DNA of 55,116 nt from a virus. Lineage: Duplodnaviria; Caudoviricetes. Below, piece after piece: positions 36,894 to 46,768 of the stretch (positions within the stretch are counted from its first letter, which is position 1; every line of letters starts with the position of its first letter). The stretch is from positions 1 through 55,116 of IMG/VR virus record IMGVR_UViG_3300020325_000019; one strand, written 5' to 3'. Under the pieces are notes generated by a model. That model was given only the letters and a program-made list of their open reading frames with translations, had not been told where the DNA came from and did not search any database. The position numbers were made by a program, and so were the translations under genes.

Positions 36894-36921
36894 AATCATG
36901 TCTCACGGACTAATGTTGGAC

Positions 36922-36929
36922 CATAAATA
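36922..36929 (+). promoter_or_regulatory. late promoter variant (CATAAATA)
   Basis: Intergenic, 24 nt upstream of ATG 36954. Confidence 0.6.
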
Positions 36930-36953
36930 ATAATGTTATTATGATCAATAATC

Positions 36954-37124
36954 ATGGATCCCGTTACACTTAAATCTGAATTTGAAGGTCAACTCAAAGA
37001 AGCTGATGCAAAAATTGCACAAGCAGAAGAGCAACTTGTTAAATTGAGAGAATACAAAACAAAACTAGTTGGTGGTCTAGAAACTCTGGATCTACTTACC
37101 AAAGAAGAAACTAAAGAAGAGTGA
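36954..37124 (+). CDS. small coiled-coil protein (56 aa)
   Basis: Not in the ORF track: MDPVTLKSEFEGQLKEADAKIAQAEEQLVKLREYKTKLVGGLETLDLLTKEETKEE*; fills the gap after a late promoter. Confidence 0.8.
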   Translation: MDPVTLKSEFEGQLKEADAKIAQAEEQLVKLREYKTKLVGGLETLDLLTKEETKEE

Positions 37125-37131
37125 TTCTACC

Positions 37132-37467
37132 ATGGCAGCAATTCCATTAAATCTACTACTGGAGAAAGGAACGGATTTTGATGCCACCTTTAATATCCAG
37201 AATGAAGATAATACGACACCTCTTAACTTGACTGGATATACAGCAGAAGCTAAGATGCGTCGTAGTTATTATTCAACAACTTCTACAGATTTTGTAGTTT
37301 CTTTTGTTGACAGATATAATGGTATATTAAAAATTACTCTCGATAACTCAGCAACTGCTGCTCTCGATCCAAGACGATATGTTTATGATATCGTTCTAAC
37401 ATCTCCACAAAGTATAAAGACCCGAGTTATTGAAGGGATCATAGAAGTAACACCAGGAGTTGTCTGA
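37132..37467 (+). CDS. conserved virion-associated beta-sandwich protein (111 aa)
   Basis: NL.LEKGTDF...PLNLTGYTA.A.MR...G.L.I.L....TA.L...RYVYDI...TRVIEG.I.V.PGV, a pattern common in phage tail/baseplate adaptor proteins. Confidence 0.75.
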   Translation: MAAIPLNLLLEKGTDFDATFNIQNEDNTTPLNLTGYTAEAKMRRSYYSTTSTDFVVSFVDRYNGILKITLDNSATAALDPRRYVYDIVLTSPQSIKTRVIEGIIEVTPGVV

Positions 37468-38192
37468 TGCCTAACTATAATATTTCAGTTAAGTCATCAA
37501 ACTACAATGTACTTTCTGAACCACAACAGAAGTACAATGTAGGTGTCAACTATGAGATTCCAAGTAAGTATCTACAGTATGGTAACGAGATTCTTAATAC
37601 CACGAACTGGGTATTTAATGGAGTTGATACACAGTTCCCACTAATCGATCAAGCAGGTGATGCATATACACCTATCAATGATCAACAATTAATTGTTGCA
37701 ATTAATGGGTTAGTTCAAGTTCCTGGTATTGATTATACAGTAAATGGAACTAATTTGGTATTTACAACACCACCAGTATCTGGAGACACGGTATATGTTG
37801 TAGGACTATCTACGACAGCAGACCTGACAAGAACAATTAATTTTGTTGTTGATTCTGGTTCGGCACCAATGTCTTCTGGTATTAAAGGAGAGATGACTCT
37901 AGATGTCACTGGAGAAATCCAGTCATGGACAGTCATCGGAGATCAAGATGGTCAGATTCAGTTTGACATCAAGAAAGTCGATTATGCAAACTTTCCAAAT
38001 TTTGCCTCTATTTGTGGAACAGAAAGACCACAACTAGGAAATCTCGGAACTCAAACACAGGCAAGAAAGAATAACAATACAACAATTTCATCTTGGAATA
38101 AATCTCTAAACGCAGGGGATATTCTGCAGTTTGAAGTTGTATACTCTATAAATATACAGAGGTGTGTCGTTTCCATGAAATTGGCACTCTAG
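37467..38192 (+). CDS. virion structural protein (241 aa)
   Basis: FNGVDTQFPL...QLIVAINGLVQVPGIDYTVNGTNLVFTTPP..GD repeat of the type also present in the gp7-like protein; TGATG coupling to the upstream gene. Confidence 0.75.
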   Translation: MPNYNISVKSSNYNVLSEPQQKYNVGVNYEIPSKYLQYGNEILNTTNWVFNGVDTQFPLIDQAGDAYTPINDQQLIVAINGLVQVPGIDYTVNGTNLVFTTPPVSGDTVYVVGLSTTADLTRTINFVVDSGSAPMSSGIKGEMTLDVTGEIQSWTVIGDQDGQIQFDIKKVDYANFPNFASICGTERPQLGNLGTQTQARKNNNTTISSWNKSLNAGDILQFEVVYSINIQRCVVSMKLAL

Positions 38193-38198
38193 TCTTTG

Positions 38199-38206
38199 TA
38201 TAAATA
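38199..38206 (+). promoter_or_regulatory. T4 late promoter TATAAATA
   Basis: Perfect box upstream of SD AGGAG and ATG 38247; a second TATAAATA at 38147-38154 lies inside the previous gene. Confidence 0.85.
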
Positions 38207-38246
38207 ACATTATCATAGGAAGCAACCAATCAAGGAGAACATTTAG

Positions 38247-39671
38247 ATGGCACTTCTAGTCACAGACCAGGGGGAAATTGATTCGCTACGTACACTACTT
38301 AATGCGACTCATACTATTCCTCGTAATTTAGTTCTAAAACTATACACCAGTAACAATGATCCGTTGGAAGCAGATGTTCCAACAAATAGTGATTATTTTG
38401 AGCCATATGATGCTAGTAACGCATCTGGTTATGGCGCGGAACCTGTCACTGGATACCCCGAAGTAAAGAACAATCGTACTGAAGAAGATCAGGATTTCAG
38501 TGAGCAGTATGGTATTCTCCTTAATGGTAACCGCTGGACGATTGGTACTACAGTAACCGCTCAAGCAACAGCATCTGCAACTGGTAATTCTGGTGAGTAT
38601 GGAATTACTGTTGATGACGCTACTGGAATCAAAAAAGGTGACTATGTAACTGGTTCTGGAATTGCAGCAAATACATATGTTGTTGACATTCAAGGTTTGG
38701 CTTTAGAACTAAGTCAGCAAAACCAAGCAGCACTATCTAATGATACTCTATCATTTGGTAGAGGTAGAACGACCGCTTCCTATCCTGAACAAGTATTCAC
38801 TTTCGACGATGCCGCTGGTAGCGTTTATGGATACTACCTATCCCGCGCAAACAACATGCCATACCAACTACAAGGTGTAGTTGATGGTGGTAGTGTTGCT
38901 GCTGGTACAACTATTCTTAAAACTGGTTGTAAAGGTGTTATTGGTGCAAAGTACATCAACCTTCTAAATGTAGACGTAACACAAGCTGCTACTGGAACTT
39001 CTGGTACATTTGAAATTAGTGTTGCTAGTGCAACTGCAGTTAAAGCAGATCAGAGAGTTACTGGAACTGGTATTGCTGCTGGAACTCGTGTAGTCGGTAA
39101 GTCAGGAAATACTGTATATCTAAACAAGGCACTTACTAGTGCTGTCAGCAATGACGTTGTATTTGCAGTAAACGTTGCAGAAGAACTAACCCCTGGTCAA
39201 CTAGTTTCCAAATTTGTTGATGCTTCAAATGCTGGTCCTGATGCATTCCTAGCAGGAACCACTATTGTTGGTATTGATTACGAAACTGCTCAAGGAGAGA
39301 TCGGTCCTCGCGTTTATATCAGTCAGGATCTTCAAGATAACATTGGCACTGCTAGTGACAACGATCAGGTAAACTTTGATTTCTCTGTCGTTACTTCAGA
39401 CCCAGGTGGTTCAGCACTTGACCATAACCTAAATCCTGGTGATGTTATTTACGTAGCACAAGGAACTACCAGCACCATTGCTGCTGCACACTACACTGTA
39501 TTTGAAGTTCCTTCTTCTTCAACTTTCACGACTACTCCTGCAATGCAAGGAACTGGCGATGCTACTCTTTATAGCAGCATCTTCTTCGCTGAAAGATTTA
39601 CAAATGGTCCATACGCGATCCAAAACAACGGTGACCAAATTAAGGTAACTCTGAACGTCAGCCTCGACTGA
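38247..39671 (+). CDS. virion structural protein (474 aa)
   Basis: Own late promoter, SD and terminator; LVLKLY...YPEQVFTF...VYGYY...FAERFTNGPY.IQNNGDQIKVT core with inserted VTGxGI..xTxV repeats. Confidence 0.8.
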   Translation: MALLVTDQGEIDSLRTLLNATHTIPRNLVLKLYTSNNDPLEADVPTNSDYFEPYDASNASGYGAEPVTGYPEVKNNRTEEDQDFSEQYGILLNGNRWTIGTTVTAQATASATGNSGEYGITVDDATGIKKGDYVTGSGIAANTYVVDIQGLALELSQQNQAALSNDTLSFGRGRTTASYPEQVFTFDDAAGSVYGYYLSRANNMPYQLQGVVDGGSVAAGTTILKTGCKGVIGAKYINLLNVDVTQAATGTSGTFEISVASATAVKADQRVTGTGIAAGTRVVGKSGNTVYLNKALTSAVSNDVVFAVNVAEELTPGQLVSKFVDASNAGPDAFLAGTTIVGIDYETAQGEIGPRVYISQDLQDNIGTASDNDQVNFDFSVVTSDPGGSALDHNLNPGDVIYVAQGTTSTIAAAHYTVFEVPSSSTFTTTPAMQGTGDATLYSSIFFAERFTNGPYAIQNNGDQIKVTLNVSLD

Positions 39672-39712
39672 TACTATATACTTCAGACCCAATTCTTTAG
39701 TTATCTTTTTGT

Positions 39713-39739
39713 GGGGGTTGCTTTGCAATCCCCTTTTTT
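39713..39739 (+). terminator. Rho-independent terminator
   Basis: GGGGGTTGC-TTT-GCAATCCCC stem-loop followed by TTTTTT. Confidence 0.85.
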
Positions 39740-39750
39740 AATGGTATCTT

Positions 39751-42700
39751 ATGGCTGCTTATTCCTACAGTACACAAGGAATATTTCCAGTTCTCACTCG
39801 TAATACGAGTGACGATCTCGGCAGCTTTACTTATATCTACAATCCCAGTATTGTAGAAGTATTCAGTGAATTGAATTATGGAGGATTATCATTTGATACT
39901 ACTCCAGTAACTACAACTACAACAGTACAGGTAGATGATTTAAATGCTACCTTATCAAATACTTTCCTGTCAGATACTGGAACAGGAACAGGTACTACTG
40001 GTGGATTTAATATTGGTAGACATATTAGATTCAACAGCACAAATAAACCTAGAACGGTAGAGTTCAGTTTACCAAACGATATCAATTCTTCACTAACCTT
40101 TGAGGTAATTAGAGGTAGTGATAACAACGGTGGTGAAGATCCAGATACTGTAGCAGAAAGTTTAAACTTAGAGTATTATGATGGAAGTTCATGGACTTCT
40201 ATTGATACTGTAGTAGCACATAATGACACTACATTCAATACTTTAAAATCTGTAGAAATTACAATTCCTTCTGTAGCGAGAACAGCGGGAACACAATTTA
40301 GGTTAATTCAACCAGATCATAGTGGCAATAATTGGGATCACTATGGATTTAAGTCATTATCATATACACATACGACCACCCCAATACTACCATCTAAAGA
40401 TTATGGTAATATTTTAGATGCTAACGCTACCACAGTAGATCATGGAAGGGTTATCTACGTAACTACAGTAGAACCATTTGGATTTAATAAAGTACTGAAT
40501 GCTGCTTCCTGGAAAGCAACTAACAGTTACGAAGGCACTGGAACAGCATTTAGTTTTAGTAATAGAACTAACGCAGCGGTATACTCAGAACTTATTGACG
40601 GTAAGATCAAAATTTCTGGATCTAGTCATACTGTATTCTCTCCAACCCCAGTTGTTGGGGGGAATACTTTCCTTGGCGACGGTGCTCAAATTGGATTTGC
40701 TCTTGGATTCTCTGGTTCAGGATCACTATTCTCAATATCAAATACAGAAGAATCGAAGAGATATGATTACATCTCTTCTTCTGGAACTATTTTTATTACT
40801 GGCATTGTACAAGAAGAATATGCCAGAGCTTATAGTGTATCAGGAACATTATTTGAATTTGACAACGCAAGAATACTCTCTACAAATTCTTACGTTGGAT
40901 CTGGTACGATTAAACTAAGAAGCAATAACGAAGAAAGAATTGCGGAATCTTACAACAATTATGATATTGTTGTATTCCGTGAATTTAATTATGGATTTAT
41001 TGGTGGTTGTGAAACTTCAGAAGTAATTACTGGTTCTCTATCTGGTTCTTCTACTGCTTGTGAAGCACAGATCGAACTTGGTACTACTGCATCAATAAGT
41101 CAAGAGTATACTGTATCTCTTGGACCAAATCAACCAAGCACTATTGTTGATCTTGGACATATTGCTATTGCTGCAAGTCCTCAACATGACTATGGTCATA
41201 TTCATGTAAGTAGTGATCTCACACCATTTGGTCTATTTGATATTGATCCAACTGTTGGTGCAGCAGATAAATTCCTACCAACATGGACAAGTAGAGGATA
41301 CATCAGTAAGCTCACAGGTGTTGCTGGAGTTCCACTTGATGTCAGTGTTCCTGGTTCTGGTACTATCAAGAGCATTGGTGGTGAAGCGATTACCAACTTC
41401 AGCTTGTTACAACCTGGAGATGGTTTATTTGACTTCATTGGATCTGTTGACGTTATCGTCACCCAAGGATTCCATGGATCTGGATCTCTGCCAACAATTG
41501 ATGGAGCATCAGAGGTTGTTGCATTCAACCCAGACGAAAAACAAATTCTATTCTCCACAACTGGAGAAGCAAATATTGCATTCAAACCCAACTGGATTGG
41601 TAGTGGTATTCTCTTCACATTACAAACTGCAGTTGAAAGAGTTGTATATGAATGGGTTGGTTCTGGAACTCTATTTGGATTTAATAATACAGAAGAGTCG
41701 AGAGTATATGTATATGACTGTTCCTCCATAGTCGAATTTGAGGATATTGACTATCAGTTCATCGTAGATTCTAGTATACCTCTAGCATGTGAAGAAGTTG
41801 ATGGTACTATTTCTGCCAACACAACAGCATCATCTGCATGTACTAAGGTAACAAATGTCCTGAGAATTGATCCTGGATTTGCGTATACATCTCCATCGGC
41901 ATTAACAGTTCCAACTGACTTTGAAGATTACGGTTTAGTATCTCTTGCTGCTGCTCCCAGAAGAGATTACGGTAACATTCTTGATAGCAACCGTCAAGGA
42001 TTGCCTGGATGTATCTATGGTGAAATTGAAATTTCTGGAGAATCGCAAAACAGCTTTACTCCAAACTTCAATGGATCTGGATACATCACAAAACTCAGTG
42101 GCGAAGCAAGAGTTCCACTCGATGTATCTGTATTTGGCGAAGGTGGATTTGGTCCAGTTACTGGATTTACAATTCCAAACTTCAGTATTCTACATCCAGC
42201 AGACGGAGAACTTGGAAGATTCTTTGGCGAAGGGAACATCGGAATTGTTGTTGGAATTACTGGAGAAGGATCTCTATCAACAATTGGTGGAGCATCAGAG
42301 ATTGTTGCATTCAATCCAGACGAGAAGCAAATACTCTTCTCGTTCACTGGAGAGTCGTCAAACAATATCACAAACAATCATACTGGAGAAGGTTCTCTCT
42401 TCACACTACAAACTGCAGTTGAAAGAGTTGTATATGAATGGGTTGGTTCTGGAACTCTATTTGGATTTAATAATACAGAAGAAGCAAGAGTATATGTATA
42501 CGATTGTACCAGTATTGTTGAGTTTGAAACTCCAGATTATGGATTTGTTGAAAGATCTCTACTTACAGAAACAGTTTCTGGAGACATTTCTGGATCAACA
42601 TCTGCTTCAACAGTCAGAGTTGATGAGAATGGGTCAGCAAGAATTATTTCTGGTCAGAGTTACAGATCTGCTCTCAACTCTGATATCGCTACAGAATTTG

Positions 42701-45700
42701 CTGAATATGGATACATCACAGATGCTGCAAACGCTCTAATTGATTATGGTCATATTCTTGACACTCCACGTCAAGGATTGCCTGGATGTATCTATGGTGA
42801 AATTGAAATTAGTGGTGCAGCAACTTCCAAGTTGCAACCCACATATATTGCCGAAGGTTTCATCAGCAAACTTACTGGCGAAGCAACTGTTCCTCTCGAT
42901 GTTGCTATTCCAATCTTTGGAACTATTGGAACATTACGTGGAGACAGCGTTCCAAACTTCAGTTTGCTCCATCCTGGAGATGGACAAATCAAAGTTCAAG
43001 GAACTCTCATCAATATCAATTTCACTCTTGGGTTCCATGGATCTGGAACTCTACCAACACTTGGTGGAGCATCAGAGATTGTCGCATTCAATCCAGACGA
43101 GAAGCAAATACTCTTCTCGTTTACTGGAGAAAGAAAAGATACTCTCGCAAAAGCATGGACAGGAAGTGGAAATCTATTCACTATTCAAACTGCCGTTGAG
43201 CGTAGAGTATATGACTACGTTGGTTCTGGTACTCTGTTTGGATTTGATAGCAAGGAAGAAGCAAGAGTATATTCATACAACTGTAGTTCTATCGCTGAAC
43301 TTGAGACACCAGATTATGGTTTCGTACAATCTTGTTCTGTACTACAATCTATCAGCGGAATTGTTTCTGGTCAAGCAGTTGGTTGTACATCCAGAGTTGA
43401 TCTAGGTTCTACAGCATCTATTGACGGATCTTATCAAATAGATCTTCCTGATCATATTGCATCTGAATTCTCTGATTATGGTCTAATCATTGATCGCGAG
43501 AATGCAGTTCTTGATTACGGTCATATCTTCGATACTCCACGTCAAGGTCTACCTGGATGTATTTACGGAACTATCGAAATTCGTGGTGCTGCTGTTGATA
43601 CCTTCGATCCAGCAAATGTTGGTAAAGGTACTATCTTTGTTGATGGCAATGTATCCATCAACTTCTCTCTATCGCATATTGGTTCTGGTTCTCTATCAAC
43701 ACTATCTGGTGCTGCAGAATCTATTGCAATTGCAGAAGAATCCACAGACCTATTCGATATACATGGAGATGGCGGCATTGTCATTTCTCTCGGATTTATC
43801 GGAAGTGGAAACCTTTCCACAATTGGTGGTGCTGCGGAAGTTGTTACATTCAATCCTCCAGAAGATGTACCAACCATCAAACTTGGTGGAACCTCGGGAG
43901 ACCCAGGAATTCGTCTTTCTCATACTGGAGAAGGAAATCTATTCACCATTAATGGTGGAGATATTAGAGTTCAATATTCTTATGCTGGTTCTGGACGACT
44001 CTTCGGATTCAACAGCAAGGAAGAAGCAAGAACGTATGTATACAATGGCGGAATTTGTGTTGATATTCCAGATTATGATTATGGATTCCTACGTGGCGAA
44101 TGTCTCACAATTGAAAGTATACAGGGAGTTGTTAATGGAACTACTTCCTCGTGTATTGCTAAGGTTGATCCTGGAAATGTCGCTTCTATTGATAGCACAT
44201 ACAGAATTGAACTTAATGACGGAACTGCCGATACATTCTACGATTATGATCTAACGTCAGAACCACCAGATGGTCTGCATGATTACGGTCATATTCTTGG
44301 CGAAACTGGTGTTCTATGTCCTGCGTATCTATTCAAGATTCGCAGAGGTGCGCTATCTGACTTCGAGACATTTGACTGGCAGGTATCCTGGGTTGGAAGA
44401 GGAAGTACTTCTATTCTTGGAGAATCTGAGAATTCATATACACCAAATCACCATGGTTCTGGTTCTATTCCAGTTATTTCTGGTGCAGCAGAATCTCTTA
44501 CCGCAAATCCTGTCGAAAGGCAGATGCTATTCTCCTTTACTGGAGAACTCGCAGAATCGTTTACTCCAGCACCAGAGATTGGATCTGGAAATCTATTCAC
44601 ATTCGACAATCTTGTTGAACGTATATCTAATGATTACGTTGGTTCTGGAACGTTCATTCTCTCTGGAGAATCTGCAAATGCATTTGTACCAAACCACATT
44701 GGTTCTGGTTCATTCAGAAAACTATCTGGTGCTGCAGAATCTATCACTGCCAATCCCGTCGAAAGGCAGATGCTATTCTCCTTTACTGGAGAACTACAAG
44801 AAGCGTTTGTTGCAAATCCACCAGAAGAAGGGACAGAGATCAAACTTTCTGGAACTACAGAACCAGAAATTCTCACATTCGCAGAGCAACCAGAAATTCG
44901 TATTGCAATTTCTGGCGTTGCAGATATTCGCTTCAGACCCCATATTATTGGTTCTGGTACACTCAGAAAATTTGCTGGTGCAGCAGAATCTCTTACTGTC
45001 AATCCAGAAGAGAAGCAACTTCTATTCTCCTTTACATCTGGAATTACAAGCGAGAAACATACAGAAGTATATGTTGGCGTCGATACTCCAATCAAACTTC
45101 GCAGAGGTGCGCTGTCCGACTTCGAGACATTTGACTGGCAACCTTCTTGGGTATCAAGAGGTGGTCTCGATGTTACTGGTACTGTACAAGATAAGTTTGT
45201 TCCTAACAACGTTGGATTTGGTAATATCTTTGCTATCAGTGGATCTGCTGAAGCAGTTACCTTCAACCCAGACGAGAAGCAAATGCTCTTCTCGTTCACT
45301 GGAACAAGAAGCAACGAAAGTACAACAACCATTGCACAAACCGAAGGTGGATCACTATTCGGTATTGGTGGTGCAGTAGAGGTTGTTGCTGTTGCACCAG
45401 AATCTGAAGGTCTCTTCAAAGTTTCTGGTGTTGCAACAGAGAGTTTCAGACCACATTATGTTGGTTCTGGTTCATTCAGAAAACTATCTGGTGCTGCAGA
45501 ATCCTTTACTGTCAACCCAGACGAAAGACAACTTCTATTCTCGTTTACTGGAACTCTTGTCGAGTCCTTCAGCATCGCTGAAACGAAACAGATTGAAGTT
45601 GATATCGATGGAATTGGATCCTTTACGAGAGCATTTGCATATCAAGGATTTGGAACTGTCAGAATTTCTGGTATTTCTGATAACAAATTCGTTGTTAACA

Positions 45701-46731
45701 ACGTTGGATTTGGCAATATTTTCAACCTTGGTGGTTCTGCAGAAGCAGTTACCTTCAATCCAGACGAGAAGCAATTGCTCTTCTCGTTTGTTGGAGAAAG
45801 AATTACAGAGAAGAGAACTTCCAGCGAAGTCAGTCAGGGTGGAACAATTGTTCTATCTGGAACTTCGGGCGATCCTCTCCTCACATTTGCAGAGCAACCA
45901 GAAGTACAGATTGCAGTATCTGGAATTGCTGGAATCAAAGCATCACTACGCCATATTGGTTCTGGTTCACTATTTGCATTCTCTGGTGCTGCAGAATCTC
46001 TTACATTCACACCACCAACAGATCAACCACTATTCTCTGTTCGTGGAAAATCAACCAACAAATACGTTGCGAATTATGTTGGTTCTGGTTCATTCAGAAA
46101 ACTATCTGGTGCTGCAGAGGCAGTTACCTTCAATCCAGAAGAGAAGCAGATGCTCTTCTCGTTCATTGGAACGAGAGATTCGGAAAAAGTTACCGCAAGA
46201 GAAATCAGTCAAGGCGGAACAATCAAACTCTCTGGAGATTCTTCAATACGTGTTGCACTTTCCCACAACGGAGAAGGAAGCATTCTTGTTACTGGAGATG
46301 CACATACTACCAGAGCAAGAGATTTCATCGGAACTGGATTTATTCCAGTACTCAGTGGATCTGCGGAAGCAGTTACCTTCAATCCAGACGAGAAGCAAAT
46401 GCTCTTCTCGTTTGTTGGAGAAAGAATTGCAGAAAAGATTACTGCAAACGAACTCGGAACACCTGGCGAGTTCACACTACAAGGAACTTCAGGCGATCCT
46501 CTCCTCACGTTCTCCGAACAACCACTTGGTGAAATTTATGTTGATGGTGTTGGTGCTGTCCTTAGAACTCAGGCGTTCGCAGGATCTGGAGTTCTATTCG
46601 GATTTGATAACGGAGATGAAGCATATGCACGTGCTCCATATCAGACATCTGGAACTATCAAGGTTGCAGGTAATGCATTCGTACAAGTACAACTATTTGA
46701 ACCACCTCGCGTGTTTGTTTGGATAATCTAA
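39751..46731 (+). CDS. giant repetitive virion structural protein (2326 aa)
   Basis: Dozens of GSGxL/F repeats, repeated FNPDEKQ(I/M/L)LFSF and DYG motifs; Reelin-like insert near the N-terminus. Confidence 0.85.
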   Translation: MAAYSYSTQGIFPVLTRNTSDDLGSFTYIYNPSIVEVFSELNYGGLSFDTTPVTTTTTVQVDDLNATLSNTFLSDTGTGTGTTGGFNIGRHIRFNSTNKPRTVEFSLPNDINSSLTFEVIRGSDNNGGEDPDTVAESLNLEYYDGSSWTSIDTVVAHNDTTFNTLKSVEITIPSVARTAGTQFRLIQPDHSGNNWDHYGFKSLSYTHTTTPILPSKDYGNILDANATTVDHGRVIYVTTVEPFGFNKVLNAASWKATNSYEGTGTAFSFSNRTNAAVYSELIDGKIKISGSSHTVFSPTPVVGGNTFLGDGAQIGFALGFSGSGSLFSISNTEESKRYDYISSSGTIFITGIVQEEYARAYSVSGTLFEFDNARILSTNSYVGSGTIKLRSNNEERIAESYNNYDIVVFREFNYGFIGGCETSEVITGSLSGSSTACEAQIELGTTASISQEYTVSLGPNQPSTIVDLGHIAIAASPQHDYGHIHVSSDLTPFGLFDIDPTVGAADKFLPTWTSRGYISKLTGVAGVPLDVSVPGSGTIKSIGGEAITNFSLLQPGDGLFDFIGSVDVIVTQGFHGSGSLPTIDGASEVVAFNPDEKQILFSTTGEANIAFKPNWIGSGILFTLQTAVERVVYEWVGSGTLFGFNNTEESRVYVYDCSSIVEFEDIDYQFIVDSSIPLACEEVDGTISANTTASSACTKVTNVLRIDPGFAYTSPSALTVPTDFEDYGLVSLAAAPRRDYGNILDSNRQGLPGCIYGEIEISGESQNSFTPNFNGSGYITKLSGEARVPLDVSVFGEGGFGPVTGFTIPNFSILHPADGELGRFFGEGNIGIVVGITGEGSLSTIGGASEIVAFNPDEKQILFSFTGESSNNITNNHTGEGSLFTLQTAVERVVYEWVGSGTLFGFNNTEEARVYVYDCTSIVEFETPDYGFVERSLLTETVSGDISGSTSASTVRVDENGSARIISGQSYRSALNSDIATEFAEYGYITDAANALIDYGHILDTPRQGLPGCIYGEIEISGAATSKLQPTYIAEGFISKLTGEATVPLDVAIPIFGTIGTLRGDSVPNFSLLHPGDGQIKVQGTLININFTLGFHGSGTLPTLGGASEIVAFNPDEKQILFSFTGERKDTLAKAWTGSGNLFTIQTAVERRVYDYVGSGTLFGFDSKEEARVYSYNCSSIAELETPDYGFVQSCSVLQSISGIVSGQAVGCTSRVDLGSTASIDGSYQIDLPDHIASEFSDYGLIIDRENAVLDYGHIFDTPRQGLPGCIYGTIEIRGAAVDTFDPANVGKGTIFVDGNVSINFSLSHIGSGSLSTLSGAAESIAIAEESTDLFDIHGDGGIVISLGFIGSGNLSTIGGAAEVVTFNPPEDVPTIKLGGTSGDPGIRLSHTGEGNLFTINGGDIRVQYSYAGSGRLFGFNSKEEARTYVYNGGICVDIPDYDYGFLRGECLTIESIQGVVNGTTSSCIAKVDPGNVASIDSTYRIELNDGTADTFYDYDLTSEPPDGLHDYGHILGETGVLCPAYLFKIRRGALSDFETFDWQVSWVGRGSTSILGESENSYTPNHHGSGSIPVISGAAESLTANPVERQMLFSFTGELAESFTPAPEIGSGNLFTFDNLVERISNDYVGSGTFILSGESANAFVPNHIGSGSFRKLSGAAESITANPVERQMLFSFTGELQEAFVANPPEEGTEIKLSGTTEPEILTFAEQPEIRIAISGVADIRFRPHIIGSGTLRKFAGAAESLTVNPEEKQLLFSFTSGITSEKHTEVYVGVDTPIKLRRGALSDFETFDWQPSWVSRGGLDVTGTVQDKFVPNNVGFGNIFAISGSAEAVTFNPDEKQMLFSFTGTRSNESTTTIAQTEGGSLFGIGGAVEVVAVAPESEGLFKVSGVATESFRPHYVGSGSFRKLSGAAESFTVNPDERQLLFSFTGTLVESFSIAETKQIEVDIDGIGSFTRAFAYQGFGTVRISGISDNKFVVNNVGFGNIFNLGGSAEAVTFNPDEKQLLFSFVGERITEKRTSSEVSQGGTIVLSGTSGDPLLTFAEQPEVQIAVSGIAGIKASLRHIGSGSLFAFSGAAESLTFTPPTDQPLFSVRGKSTNKYVANYVGSGSFRKLSGAAEAVTFNPEEKQMLFSFIGTRDSEKVTAREISQGGTIKLSGDSSIRVALSHNGEGSILVTGDAHTTRARDFIGTGFIPVLSGSAEAVTFNPDEKQMLFSFVGERIAEKITANELGTPGEFTLQGTSGDPLLTFSEQPLGEIYVDGVGAVLRTQAFAGSGVLFGFDNGDEAYARAPYQTSGTIKVAGNAFVQVQLFEPPRVFVWII
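41621..42482 (+). repeat. exact 76-nt direct repeat within ~780-nt tandem units
   Basis: 41621-41696 is identical to 42407-42482; a 42-nt identity also links 41992-42033 and 42769-42810. Confidence 0.9.
44701..46118 (+). repeat. three exact copies of a 38-nt repeat
   Basis: ggttctggttcattcagaaaactatctggtgctgcaga at 44701-44738, 45463-45500 and 46081-46118. Confidence 0.9.
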
Positions 46732-46734
46732 TTA

Positions 46735-46742
46735 GATAAATA
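46735..46742 (+). promoter_or_regulatory. late promoter variant (GATAAATA)
   Basis: Intergenic, 26 nt upstream of ATG 46769. Confidence 0.65.
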
Positions 46743-46768
46743 CTTTTGAGAAAAAGTGTGCGCTAATA

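Noticed and set aside
41200-46500. Regularly recurring 30-76 nt repeats as a CRISPR-like array
   Set aside because: The repeats are in-frame parts of one continuous ORF, spaced hundreds of nt apart by related rather than unique sequence; no cas genes.
40499-46726. +1-frame ORFs of 139-447 aa as separate CDS calls
   Set aside because: Leu/Gln/Val-rich translations typical of an off-frame read, with mostly non-ATG starts; kept only as a low-ranked finding.
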